In this document: positions 1 to 12,782 of the stretch, one piece after another | How the letters are laid out: each line of letters opens with the position of its first letter | How positions within the stretch are numbered: the stretch's first letter is position 1 | NCBI GenBank assembly: GCA_020137815.1 | Contig: CM035351.1 | Span: forward strand, 3,534,001-3,598,000 | Source: Hormiphora californensis | Lineage: Eukaryota > Animalia > Ctenophora | Reading direction: 5' to 3' | Length of the DNA stretch: 64,000 nt | Program-made: the position numbers and the translations under genes | Notes under the pieces: model-generated | Databases searched by the model: none | Told to the model about the DNA's origin: nothing | The model's input: the letters and a program-made list of their open reading frames with translations, nothing else

Positions 1-132
1 AAACTTTACAAATGTAAAGGGTAGGGTTAGCCCATATCACCAACATATTACTTGCACCCAACTCTAGATCGCGAATATCAAGTCTGGCACAGCAGACTAG
101 ACAATATACCAAGAGTCTTTCCTACTTCCTAG

Positions 133-746
133 GTTATCGAAAACAGTGGAGAGTATACTATGGAGGTTGGAATTGTTGGAGCTAAAAATGGAAAATCTAC
201 AAATGGGGCCCATTGAGAGCAAGGTGTCCAAGGAAAAAATACAAACGGCTAATGCACGGATACCGCACTTGACAACGTGAGTAGATAATTAGTTTTTAAT
301 TAGTTTATATTAATCAAAATATTATTAACCATCCCTGTGTCGCACTTGTAAATGAGGGTTGATTTTCATAAGTTGGTTACTCTGAGGCCTGACCTTCTTT
401 CTTCAGGCCTGTTCTGGGATGTCCTAGCAACTCACATCCAGCTTTTGTAGAAGGGGGTATAATCTCATGTCCAGAGGGATACTTTCTTTCTCGGGTAATT
501 AGCCGTTAATTAATTAGCCGTTAATTGCATACTATTAGGTGTTTAATTAATACTTTGATTAATGAGAATAACCGGAACTTGATTACTATAAACATTAATT
601 AGGCTCTAATGATTTTTAACTCCTAGGTTGGTCTAGTTCGCGACGCTGATACCCTTCTTGGAGACTGCTGCCCGAAAAACAACAGAAAGAAACAGCTCCG
701 GGTTGAGGAACCACTAGGAATCCAATCATACCGGCCAAGGGAGTAG
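133..746 (+). CDS. 3' exons of an unidentified gene entering from the left edge (exons 133-276, 407-494, 627-746)
   Basis: Three AG/GT-bounded segments with compatible phases give one open frame, LSKTVESILWRLELLELKMENLQ...PVLGCPSNSHPAFVEGG...VGLVRDADTLLGDCCPK...RPRE*. No family recognised. Confidence 0.45.
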
Positions 747-1678
747 AGAAAGACTTCTAGATAGACTCTAACAACAACTAAACTGTGTTCTTGTCTCACA
801 AAAGACTGCCTCTCCAGGTCCGGAGAGCTGCATGAGTGACATTACCATCATGTAGTATAATGACAACTGTGTGCCTATTTAATGGACTACGGAAGAGAAA
901 TAATCTGTCGAATTTCTGCATGTGTTTACCTTCTATACTTTTCTGTTTCTTAGTCCTAATGAGTCCTGTTTCTGTGTATAGCCTCAGCGTTACTCCGCCT
1001 CTCACTCTCCAGGGGGTTTTTAGCTTCGATCCTCATCGTTAGAGAACCTAGAGGTTAGACGTAATTTAGTGGAGATTGCTTTGCTCGACCCTCTCTTTGC
1101 TCTCGAGTGGGCTTGAAAAAAATAAGGATGGGATATGAAAGCGATTGGTTATTATTTATTAACATACCAAAGTCGGGTAGTCTAGGTGCAGGTGGGGCAC
1201 GATGGGGACCACCACTGCTCACCGGGTCCTGCTCAACCTCTGTAACGTCCGCAATCGGGGAGAGAGTGGGTTTCATTGTCGCCATATAGTTGTTCAAGGG
1301 GTGAGCAGAAGCTAGGGCAAGAACTTCTTGTTAGAAATGTAAAGCAAGTATTGGAAGGGAAATTGAGAAGTATAAACAGCCGATTCTTGAGGAAAAGTTG
1401 TTATAACATTCAGAGCAGCAATTTGTACACACATATCACAGACGTATAAAGCATATTGGAATGAGGTATTACAGAAAACATTATCTCAACAAAGATCATT
1501 TACACAAAACTTCTTCTTTAAACATTTATACAGAAACACATATCACAAACGTACAAAGATTGGAATAAAGTTATGTATTTTTAACGGAAAACACCAGTAT
1601 ATCGATAAATATTTTCCCAAAACTTCTAATTTCAATAAACTAGGTATACATGTGTTACTCTCCATTCTCTATCTATTC

Positions 1679-3493
1679 TCACTCTACTTTGGTGCACGAG
1701 GCAGTAGCAAGACGGTCCGCGGGGTCAGGGTGAAGCTCCTTGACAGGGGTGAGGCTAAAGGACACATAGTGTCGGACTTCCTGGATACTACCACAGAAAG
1801 GTTTGTCAGTTTTGTGAAGTTTGTCAAGAATGCCAATGGTGCCAAACCAACAATTAAACCTGGGGGTAATTAGATTTTAACTTTTATAATGTGATACATT
1901 TGCCAGTTTTATCGAACCACAGATATTTTCCTTCCCCAGAAGTCAGAACAACACAGAATCGTATCATACGATAATGGGAAGAGTGCAGTGTCATATCATT
2001 TGGTATCTCACGTTTTGTGGTGATAGTCGTGTGCCTCGGGGGAGAAGAGGAAGGGTACATGATAGCCTCCGTGAGCTAGCGTTGTAGAGAATATAACCAG
2101 GGCAATCCTAGGGGAGAGTGAGATAGGAAACTAATGTAGTAATTGGGGAAGATTAGATATTAATCCATGGCATATAACTGTGCAACTGACAACTGTGTAA
2201 CTGACATGTTGTCATGACAACTGTGTAGCTGTGTAGCTGTGTAGCTGTGTAACTAACCAGATCCATGCTACGAAGATGTGTGACTGCATTATCATAGGTC
2301 CCATGATGGAAGGCAGTAGGTTGGAACAAACCATCTCCAGAGGGGTGCAGTAGATAGAGGTAATACCAATGGGGGCGGTCCATTCGTGATGTTTCTTATG
2401 GTACTTGGCGTAGAACCGGGGCGAGTGGAGCAACCTGTTATAGAGATCGTTGTTATTGGAGTTGCATAATGTATGGGTATTGAGTTGACACTGTCAACCC
2501 CTACGGGGCACTCGCGAAGTTCGAACTAGGCACAACCAACGTTACCAAGGCCTCAGGCCTGCCCGATTTTCGAATACCTAAAGACAAGTTTATACCTGTG
2601 GCTGTAATAAAACATAACTTCTTCAACCAAAGTAAAGACAACAAATTCCACTAGCAGTCGTTCAAATGTTGGTAACTGGCCCTTGTGGTAAGAACCCAGA
2701 GCCAGAGCCATAGGGTAGAGAACAAGTGTAAACACTGGACTGACAACTAATAAGTTAAATGCAGAAGTTCTGATACAGCTCCACAACTTCTTCTGGTCTA
2801 CCTGGGGGGTTTTTCTAATGTAATAAATCATTGACAATTGGTATACCTAAGTTAACGGAGAATCAATTGATTTCTCTTCAGTGTAGCTGTTTCTTACCGG
2901 TTCATTTTTGCCTTCCTGTACTTTGTATTTCAGAAGCCAGCTTGGTTTCCCTGTAATGTCACAGAACAAGAACACAGCATTGAACACCACGAAGTAGATG
3001 ATAGAAGAGAGAGCTGATCCGAGATGGTGAGCAAGGTGATCGTTGCGGCCGAACATATCGTAAACCCTGTTCCAGAGCTCCCCCCAAAAGTCATGAGACG
3101 CACCCCATATTTTGTGAATGTACCTAGAAATAAATAAGAGGTCTAATGGCTTAATATTAATGTGAGTTCAAAAACTGGAAACCATACGTACGAAGAATTG
3201 TGATCGAAATAGTGGCAATGAGGTGGTCGTTAACCAGAGGGAATTATTTAAGCATGTTGACCTTACTTACGGGTTCACAGAGTTTCGAACAGCAATAGTA
3301 GCTAGAATCGCGGTACCAAGAATGAAAAGAAGCGATTTAAGAGTCTCCCACAGAGCGCCACGCTAAAATGAATATTTTTCGGTAACAAGTAAAGTCTGAT
3401 TTTGGGAATAAACCGGCGAAAATTATTAATTTCATTCCTTACATTTTGAGTGTCTTCTTCAGTTTCCGTTTTGGGTTCCCTTGCTTGCCCCAT
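1679..3493 (-). CDS. FAXDC2: Fatty acid hydroxylase domain-containing protein 2 (sterol desaturase family), 7 exons
   Basis: Spliced translation MGQAREPKTETEEDTQN|RGALWETLKSLLFILGTAILATIAVRNSVNP|YIHKIWGASHDFWGELW...KYKVQEGKNEP|VDQKKL...FYYSHR|LLH...HKKHHEWTAPIG...|...HGGYHVPFLFSPEAHDYHHKT|FNCWFGTIGILDKLHKTD...KVE*. The three His boxes of the family and the WGAS-FW N-terminal motif typical of FAXDC2 are present. Confidence 0.9.
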
Positions 3494-3709
3494 AACGCTG
3501 CAAATGGCTCAAAAAAGCGACAACAGACTTCCAAACTCGAAAGGGGAAATTTTAAAGTTTGAAATTTGTAAAAAGTTTGGATTTGGAATTTTTCGATTTT
3601 CATGTTTCAGATGCGCGGCTTCACGACTTGCTTTGTCGCGCGGCCGCGGCGTCACTCAACAGCTCGAAAAGGTCAAAGCAAAAGTCGCGTTGGATGAGAC
3701 AGTGATCCG

Positions 3710-3728
3710 CCAATGGAAGTACAACACG
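3710..3728 (+). promoter_or_regulatory. ER stress response element (ERSE-like) upstream of XBP1
   Basis: CCAAT-ggaagtacaa-CACG matches CCAAT-N10-CACG and has one mismatch to the mammalian ERSE CCAAT-N9-CCACG. It lies about 90 nt upstream of the XBP1 ATG. Confidence 0.55.
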
Positions 3729-3815
3729 ATAGTCTTGCTGTGCTTACGATCTTCGAGCGACCTGCCTTTGAGACTTGTTTTTGAGACTTTTTTCAACTCT
3801 TATTGTTTTGTCAAC

Positions 3816-6547
3816 ATGGAGCTGATTGAACAGACTGACATTAGGAAACGCAAACGGGCTGATTATTCCAAACTATCACCCGAAGAGCGCACTCTAAAGA
3901 GGTACCCCTTCGCTGAGATACGCTGTTTTTTATCCAGTTTCACTACTTGTCTACTTAGTACTTATCCAATTGATTGATTGCTGCTTAGTTTCTTTATCCT
4001 TTCCTTTTCTCAGGAAACTCAAGAACAGAATGTCGGCCCAACAGGCGCGAGACAGAAAGAAAGTTTTTGTATCAGAACTAGAAGAACGTATAGCACAGCT
4101 CGAAAAAGAAGTAAGTTGTTAAAAGTTTCAGAAATTGCACTATTATCATCACATAAATAGCTCCTAAATCCTACATATTACAAATCTAACACGCTCTCCC
4201 TTCGTTTCAGAATGAAAATCTACGACGCATTTGTAGCATGCAGCTAGGAGGGACCGGCGATTCCGCAGCAATCCCGGCCCTGCAGTGGGCCCTCTTAGTC
4301 TTGCAGCTACTTGTGCGGTAAGCATGTGCCCCCCTTCCCCAATCCCCCGTGTATTCGTACAGAGATTGAGATTATACTGTGCAGTTGTGTGCGTGTTGTA
4401 ATGTGTTTGTACTTTGTTTGGAAGTGTGTGTGTAGTTAGCAGTATATATGACAGTGTGTCATGACGTGTCAAACTTGTTCGACCCTCTCTCTCTCTCTCT
4501 GCGTCAAACCACACCCTGACACCAGCTGTGCTTCCCTCTAATGAGATATAATTCTTTCTCTCTTAGCTTAGGATCCAATTACTATGTCAGCCGCAATATT
4601 CATGTTCCTACATAATGTGGTCCAGAATGCGTGTACAGAACAAACCACAATCTCTCTTTCTATTCTCTCTCTCTCTCTGTATCTTTTATTTATCTTCCCC
4701 AAAGAAAATATAGTAGAAGGGAGGGTGGTTGAGAGCTCTCTATAAGTATATCTCTTGCTCTCTCCACACGCCGTGTACATTGTCTGGTTATAAAGCTCAT
4801 TGTCTCGAACACACTCCTCCATGAGGGAGTGAGAGAGCCCACGTGCCAACCCGAATATGGAATAATTAGTAATGACTCCAGTGCAGTATTGTGTTTTTCT
4901 GGGGGGGACGACATGTTAATTGTTAATAAATCACCTCTTTTTTTCAATTTTGTTAATTAACGTTAATTAACAAAATTAACAAAATTAACAAATGCTAAAA
5001 GACCGTTCTTATTGGCTGATAATACGACTTTAACTGGTTTAATTTTATAGTTTAATGACTTACCTAACGCATATATACCCAAACAAGGCCTTTTCCGATA
5101 ACCTAAGTCCGACATACAGGTTTTTTTGGCTCAAAACGGATAAAAATAAAAAATTTACAAATATTTCTATTTAGCGTATAAAATCTCACTTCAACGTAAT
5201 TTTTTCATTGGTAATCGATTCTTTGGACTTAATAAGATGATATACAACATTTTTGTTGGAAAAGGAAATGAAATCAATTTTTGGTCAAAGATTGAAAATT
5301 TGCTTCGCTACAAATCCTTGTGGTTTTTTAGAAAAATTGATTTTTGGGATATTTTTCGTTTTAAGGTAAATTCATGAGTCTGACTTAATTTTTAGGGTTG
5401 GAAAATGTGGATTAGTGTCATTTGACTTCAATTGCGGTTTATTTTGGCTAGTTTTTATTAAAATTTACACAATGGAACAAATCGCTGTAAAAAAGCCGTA
5501 GTAGAGGTAGTGGTGGTATGTATTTAAATCGTGCAGAAGGAACAACTTTGCTCGCAGAATAAGTGTTAAATACCAAAAATACGTGCAAAAGGGGATTTAG
5601 ATGGTATAAATGGCATTTGTTAACGTTTGTTAACTTTTTGTTAATTTTGTTAATAAATCACCTGTTTTCTCGATGTTAATATTAACAAAGTTAACAAAAT
5701 TAACATGTCGCACCCCCCGTTTTTCTGGGAGTCGACTACACACTACTGGACTAGGAAACACAACACACCCTCATCTTTCGTTCTTGCCCCCTTTCACACA
5801 AATTATTACCTCCTGTTTCTAGCGACCTTTCTTGACCCAAATCTCACATTTCAGGGCCTCCCGGGGCACGTCGAGTCCAGTGGAGTCCGGTGCACCAGCA
5901 CAGGGACCCAGACAGACCGTGCCGTCCCGATGCCGGCTAGAAAGACCTACGTGGCGATACTCAAGTCCCCAGGTGGTCTTGGATCTTCAACCCGGTCAAC
6001 CACCACCAGCACTACCACCAGAAGTGTTTTAGCCCCCGCCATCATGTCACTGGTGCAGCAACATGCAGCCGCTGTGTGCAGTGATACCCCCAAACCCATC
6101 CCCTCAACTCCCGTTCTAACCACTCCCCCTACCCCAATCCTCGCCACCCCTCATACCCAAATCCTCGCCACCCCTCCAATCATCGCCTCTCCTCCCACCC
6201 CAGTCCTCACCATCCCTCAAACCCCACTCCTCGCCACCACCCCAGCTCACACTCCAGTTGGTCCCTCCATCCCAGTATTATCGACCGTGGATTCCACCCT
6301 CACCTGCGAGATTCCCAACTTCACGGCTACTGTGGAGGATCTACACTGGAGCGATTTCCTGGCCCCTAGCCCGGGGGCAGTCAGTTCCCCCGACTCGGGA
6401 GTGGACCTCTCTGACTCTGACTTCCTATCGGATACGGACGCTTTCTCTGAGCTTATTGACGGGCCCTTGTTTGAGGGTAATTTAATGGACACTGGTAATA
6501 GTTCCCTTATGGAAGGTACTGATACGTTCTTTTCAGAGTTCCTTTAA
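3816..6547 (+). CDS. XBP1: X-box binding protein 1, bZIP transcription factor (exons 3816-3901, 4014-4110, 4211-4317, 5855-6547). XBP1u stops at 6032 (155 aa); XBP1s stops at 6547 (321 aa).
   Basis: bZIP sequence RKRKRADYSKLSPEERTLKR|RKLKNRMSAQQARDRKKVFVSELEERIAQLEKE|NENLR, with intron positions like those of vertebrate XBP1. DSAA motif at the IRE1 site. The spliced frame ends in acidic ...DLSDSDFLSDTDAFSEL...DTFFSEFL*. Confidence 0.93.
4226..4317 (+). other. IRE1 bifurcated stem-loop with a 17-nt non-canonical intron (4266-4282)
   Basis: Loop 1 is gatt-CCG^CAGC-aatc and loop 2 is ggcc-CTG^CAGTG-ggcc. A basal stem forms from ctaggaggg/ccctcttag, tgcag/ttgca, gtagc/gctac and cgcat/gtgcg. Confidence 0.85.
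4884..5748. mobile_element. Non-autonomous TIR element (MITE-like) in XBP1 intron 3
   Basis: Imperfect inverted ends CAGTATTGTGT...ggggggacgacatgttaat and attaacatgtcgcacccccc...ACACACTACTG, with an AT-rich non-coding interior carrying ttaac/gttaa subterminal repeats. No clear TSD. Confidence 0.45.
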
Positions 6548-7590
6548 AAAACAGTCGGGTAGACAGTTAGAAACTGTGGGTAGTTATATATCTGGTAGCC
6601 ATTTTATCCGTATATTAATTGATCACGCAATATAGGACTTATGTCTTCTTTCCCCCATATATTCAACAATCTAATACAATTCCTGAATGTTTTCTCTCGC
6701 TCACTCAGTTCAAGTTTTAAACTGTATAAAATCTATGTTAATTTTCTGTAATTTATTTGGCCGAAGATAAGATGATAAAGAGTCCTAAAATCACAATCTT
6801 TTGACCTTCAAAAAGAGATAGATATTTGATGTTTTTCTTGATTGTTTGCGTGTTTTAATCAGTAGAGATTACAAATGTATTATGGGCTACTAAACTCTTC
6901 AAACAACAAAACTTCCGTGTTTATTTTGTTAAAGATGGGAATCCGGTAAATTATTGAGTTTCACTCCAGCCTCAAAATGAGCCGAAAGTAAACAAAAGTA
7001 TATTTCGGGTCCATTCGGTCCATTATCTTGTGGATGATCTCACACAAGGTCCTGGCATTGTGGAGCTCGGATGTGTGCACGGTTGATTACGCGCGTTATC
7101 TTGAATTATGTGCAAAATCTACCATTTCAGCACTTGGTGCGCGCGTCTATTTACAGCAACCATGCTGGTTCAAGGTGCAAGACTGCAAGGTGGGTCTGCT
7201 TACCAACTGTGGTGTGCTTTCACAGGGCGACACGTAGTGTTACCCCATTGGAAATATAGTAGTGCATCAGTGGGCAAGCAATTGCATCAGATGGGGGCAA
7301 TATAAACAAGTTTTTAAAATGTTAAGAGCTAAAGTGTAAATTGGGTAATGATATTTACATTCAACAATAACTATTCGATATTTAACTACAACATGCATTA
7401 TACATAACTAGTAATTACACTAAGTGTCACATATTCGTCCTCTTTCTTCTTCTCTTTCTTCTTCTTTTCATTCTAAAGCTCATTCTAGAAGCGAATTCAA
7501 CAGCCCTGGCCTGGTGCAACTGCAAATCGCGATTGAATAGCTCCAGCGGGTCATTATTCACAATACATACTCATCTCTATCCCACTCAAC

Positions 7591-9645
7591 CTAGATCAAT
7601 TGCCCTAAAACCCACACGAGACACACCATTCCAATACTAAATTGGCTGACACGGATTGCTGAGGCGTCCAACTGACCAAACTCATACATCACAATGGTTC
7701 GGTCGTTCGTATCTTGGGTGTTTCTGTAGTTGGCCGCTAGTTCATGGTTCACCAGCAGGGAGTGCTTCAATGCGTCTAACTGAGGAGGTGGGGAAGCTAT
7801 AAGCATACTTGGTATAGAAATTGAATTCCTAAATAACATATAATAATAGAAAAGATAGGCCAGTTATCCACTAAGCTGTAGCTAGTTTCTACACTCAGCT
7901 CAATTCACATCACATTATTTACCTGTTCCTCTGAGACGGTAAGGGGTTCTGCGACAACGAACCACCTGACTCCCTCAGTGCATGGCGGAGTGGTTAGGGA
8001 ACCTGCAGGGAAGGTACAAGTGGTTAGGGAGCCTAGGGAAAGAGAACGGGTGGTTAGAACCAAGGAATTGGAAGTGGCCTGCCGCTACCTCAACGGCAAC
8101 CTCGAGTGATCTGATTATCACCATCAGTGCCAACCGATTAAGGAAATTCCCACGGAAATTGGACGATGGATTAATTCCTGTGCTGACAATGTCAAATTAC
8201 ACAAAGGAAATTAATCGCGCGTCACGACTAATGATTAAAGTTAGTGCGACAGCTGTCACAGAGTGATCAGAACCGCAGTTCAAAGCGCAATCAGAATCAA
8301 GGATGGGAAGAGAAAGGGAGAGAAAGAAGGAGTTTTACAGCGTTTACACTAAACTGAAGCATTTATCCAAAGTGCCAGAAATTAGAGGGGAGAACAATTT
8401 ATTAGAACGATTAAGAAATGAACAAAGTGTGACCTCCTGGTTTTGGTATCCCCCTCTCCTTACCATTATACTGGTAGACTCCTTTTATGGTGGGAGGGAA
8501 GAGGGCAGTTAGGTTGAACCCAGAGAAAGATTCGGCGGTAATGTTGTGGTAGTGAATCATGTCTTGCAGCACCGGGTTTGCAGCTCCCTATATATCATGG
8601 GAGGAGGGGGTTTTATTGAGTCATACTAATGAAATAAAGTTTCACAAGGAGTACAATATAACTGAGACTGCCAACTACCAACTGCTACTGTTTTAACTTC
8701 TTTGATCGGGTCAATATAATCACACCGTTTTGCGGCTACTCACAATTTCAAATAGCCTTGAAAACACGGTGAAGACATTTCCCGATTCTGGATCATCTCT
8801 AGCAGTGACCAGGTGACACTCCACGTCAAATCTCCGTCCTCCTATTGTGTGCTCAGACCCTCCCCAATGGAGATGCGTCTGGAGAATCTAGTGGGAAATG
8901 GTATTTATGTAATGCAGGGTGACTCAAGTTGGCATCAAATCAAGTTATCACCAGGATACCATGTCTTGTTCATTCTCTCCTTACCTTGGTGTCCTGATCT
9001 AGGATTGGTACGGTGAAGGTATTGTTAGCCTCACCGGGGTAATATGCCACTTTGATAGCGTGATCGTCATCATTGGCTACCATCACAGAGGTGTCCGACG
9101 CGGCACCTACAGGAGGGAGGGATTTAGAAAGAGGGGGGATTGGGTAATTTAGGGGAGGGTGATCAGGGAATTTAGGGGCGGGTGAAGATCGAGAGGTCAA
9201 GGTCGGGGAATTTAGGGGCGGTCAATGGTTAGGATAAAGGAGTTTCACTCCATATAATTTAGGGATATTGGTTGATAGAGAGCTGGGTGACTCAGCCTAC
9301 TTGGAGTGTTGATTGAGGCAGCTTCCTTCATACTATACACATCATCAGGCAGGTCAATAGGTGACTGGAGTTGTCCGGTGAGGCACAATTCAGGCCAGGT
9401 ACTCTGATCATCGTAATCAATGTACTCTCCATTGCTCCCTGAGCAGGAGAAAACAGAGCATTAACAAGTGTTTAGTATCATACAAGTAGATAGAGTAGAT
9501 AAAAGTTTTATAACTGAGAGGAAGTTAGAAAGCACATATTTTGTAATTTCTCCGATAAGAAACTACCCTCCCTTATTATTGGGCCACACGGCGTATATAT
9601 ACCTGATAGGGCAGCAAGGACAAAAACGAATGTCAAGACAACCAT
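7591..9645 (-). CDS. Alpha-carbonic anhydrase, secreted and probably GPI-anchored (exons 9645-9603, 9438-9301, 9106-8985, 8887-8744, 8587-8464, 8002-7923, 7779-7591)
   Basis: Signal peptide [15 protein letters not shown]; motifs [16 protein letters not shown] and NDDDHAIKV; Zn-site motifs [11 protein letters not shown] and ECHLV; [18 protein letters not shown]; NYRNTQ; hydrophobic C-terminus [24 protein letters not shown]. All splice phases are compatible. Confidence 0.93.
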
Positions 9646-12600
9646 CCTTTAACAAAATGAGAAATGTATAAGCGGGCAATGTATCGCGTTACTCAACCTC
9701 CCTTTTACCAAATATTCATGGCGACTAAGGACAGGGCCTTGTGCAGCAGGAGAAATAATGTGGCTGAAAGAAATAGAGAGGAAGGGAGAGCTCAGAGGAA
9801 GAAAGGGAGAAGGAGAAAGAAAGGCAGAGCGAGGAAATAAAGAGGTAGCCGTAGAGCAGGGATAGGGAAGTTAGGAGGAATGAACTGCCTAGAGTCCTTC
9901 TGATTTTCTGAAAGTGAATAACTGATCGAATCAGATCGAATGAGAGAGGAAGGCTGCCATGCTAGTGACTATCAGCCTGCTGAAGAAGGCTGCTAGTAGT
10001 ATAATTGGTTCTCGAGACTCATGATAATAGTAGCACACACAGTTTATCGATTCTAGATGAATTAGATGCCACCAGACTTCCACAGATCAGATTCTGTTGA
10101 GACAAAGATTTGTAGTTTTTATAGTCTACTGCATGCAGTTGTGTCGGTCTTTGTTCATTGGTGTAATCGATCACTACAACGCACAGTCACAAACTATCAT
10201 CTGCAATAGTTCAATACCGAGGAAAAGTCCAATTTCACCAGATTAAATTAACAAACAAAGACCGCTGAAAAGACGTAATTCATAGGCAATAGATCGTAGT
10301 TTATTTGTAGCAGACTCCGGGACTGTCGATTAATTCGATTAACTGGGACAATACAACAGAGATCCCTGCAATTGTTGAACGAGTGTCTTAGTAACGTTCA
10401 GCAATATGAATGAAGGGTAGAATTCACGGAGATGTAATTCTAGAGAAATTTTCCATTCGCCTTCAAGTGCTTGATGACTTGTTGACTCAAGTTGTCAACG
10501 ACGAAAAGAATCTAATGACTCACAACTAATATTAGCCGCCTTCAAGACAACTTTCAATGATTAGTATCATATGTTTACCATAGACCAGTGTGGGACAAAG
10601 CAAAATTGAACAAGAACGTCCCGGGATTAGACATTATTCAATGATTATCGATAGCCGACTTGAAGGGGCAATTGAAAATGAAAACACATCGCGGTGTCGC
10701 GGTGAGACAGGGTCGAGCAACTAAGGTAAGTCATCGCCTGACCTCTGTTTTGATCGGATCGTCATGCGGATAAAATCTCTCTTACTCTGGTGATGAGAAA
10801 GAAAGTGTATTACTAAGGACCGAGAGCATGGAAATAGAAACCTCTATACAATGGGTTGAGAATTCATATGGATCATTGCTTGCTTGGAAATGTGAGGAAC
10901 TAAGAGAAGCATGCAATTTGGGAAAATTCTTCTCATGAATAATGAACATCTCTTGCTCCCACTCAAACCACAAAAATGTCTTGGTCGCTCATACCACAAA
11001 CATCTCCTTATTTAGGCCTCGGAAACCCTTAACCCACGAAGCTTTCAGAACATTGACCTGACAGCTCCGCACACAACAAACACCTCTCAGAAACGCCCAC
11101 AAAGTACATCTGTCAGGTCAATGCTCTGTACTTTAATACTTATGCCTGAGGGACGGGGTTCAGTGGATTCCTCGCCCTAGTGCCCTACAAGTTATAAAAG
11201 TCATCTAAATCATCAAAATGAATCGAGTCTAAGATGGGTTAAACAAAAGGAGTAGTTATGGTGTAGGTGCCACAGTGTGCACATTGGGTACGCAGTGAGT
11301 TACTAAACAAGGGCATACAGTGAGCTAGTAGAACTGATATGAAAGGACAGTGTACAACTATATAGAGATTAATTGGAGGGAACGAATAAGAATAAAAGGC
11401 CCCCTCTTTGTATGCTACAAAGCTCTGAATATTATTCAGAGTCTAAATAAACTTCACGAGAAAAGAAAGATAAGCAAATTATAATATCCATATCATGTTG
11501 ACAGGGGATCAGAGGCATAATTGATTGATTGTCCAGTCCGTAAAGCAATTGCAAGTGGTCACCCCTTATTCAACAAACAACGAGCGGATAAGATAGAAAG
11601 AAAGGGGAATATGCCGCACAGAGGAAGCAAAAAAACATAAATGCGAATTCCCCAAAAATGGCAAAAGTAATTAAATCTCTGGCAACAAAATCTAATCTGC
11701 CAGGCCGAGTTTCACCGTCTGGCTAGTGAGGGCTTACTATTATAACGGTATCAAGAGACCACTGTTATACCACGAACATTAAACAACTTGCTGGATAGCG
11801 ACCCAGGGTTCACTGTTACTTACCCGATTTGGTGTTCATTAGTAACACTTCTTGGTTTCTCTTTACACCGTTGAATTGTTATCAACCAGTTGTGTGTACT
11901 GTCCAGTATAATTCCATTCCTGCGAAGAGATTAAATTAAACCGAAAACATGGTACGTGTCTAGATTGCTAACTAACTGTCATTGTATTGGTTAGCAATTG
12001 TAATTTGTCTTGTCAAATCAGGTTTATTGTTTAATTATTAGCCGATGTCTGATAATTTGCCAATGATACCTGCGAATTCTACACTCCTAGCCGCGATCGA
12101 GAATACCTGTCTCGGCGCCGCAGACCCCATTAATCGTAAGCGCACTGTCGAGAATACAAATCGAGGTCTGGTGTCTCCAGACAGGAGAATACCATATGTG
12201 GATATAATAGTCGATCACAGACTCCATAATCCATACCACTTTCAGCTCGAATCTGTCAGTCGGTTAATGTGTCCATTTGGGTCCGTTGTATGCATTCTTG
12301 GAAGCCCATTGCCCTTGTAATGTCTATCTCTACACGAGACACTCTGACACTCTTGATAGATACACTTTAAAACAAACAGATTCAGTTTTTGTTAAAAACT
12401 GCTAATGTAAATACGAGTGAATCTACACAACATAAAATATAGTTCATTCGTAACACAGTCCATAGGAGTTATATAAATTGAAGTTCATTCTTCATAGGCA
12501 ATTACACAGTTGATAATGATAATATGTAGTATGTACAAATGTGTTGGAATATGAGATTAAATCTGTCAGCTGGCTTTCACTATTATTATATGAAACATGC

Positions 12601-12782
12601 ATGCAAAAATAAATCTGAAACTGTGTGGGAATGTAAAGTTTCTTGCCACACTATCATTATAGTCTTTAGTTACTCCACCACTATAACACAGGACATTCAC
12701 AGTACGTTCTAACAAGACATGGATCCCACCCGGCTCAATGATCTATAACACACAATTGTAATTAGCATGATAATATATCAGT

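Noticed and set aside
3450-3977. 175-aa ORF as a gene
   Set aside because: It runs through the promoter and intron 1; only 3816-3901 is XBP1 exon 1.
5705-5854. N-terminus of the 280-aa ORF as an independent gene start
   Set aside because: It lies in the MITE end and intron; the coding part starts at the acceptor at 5855 as the XBP1s frame.
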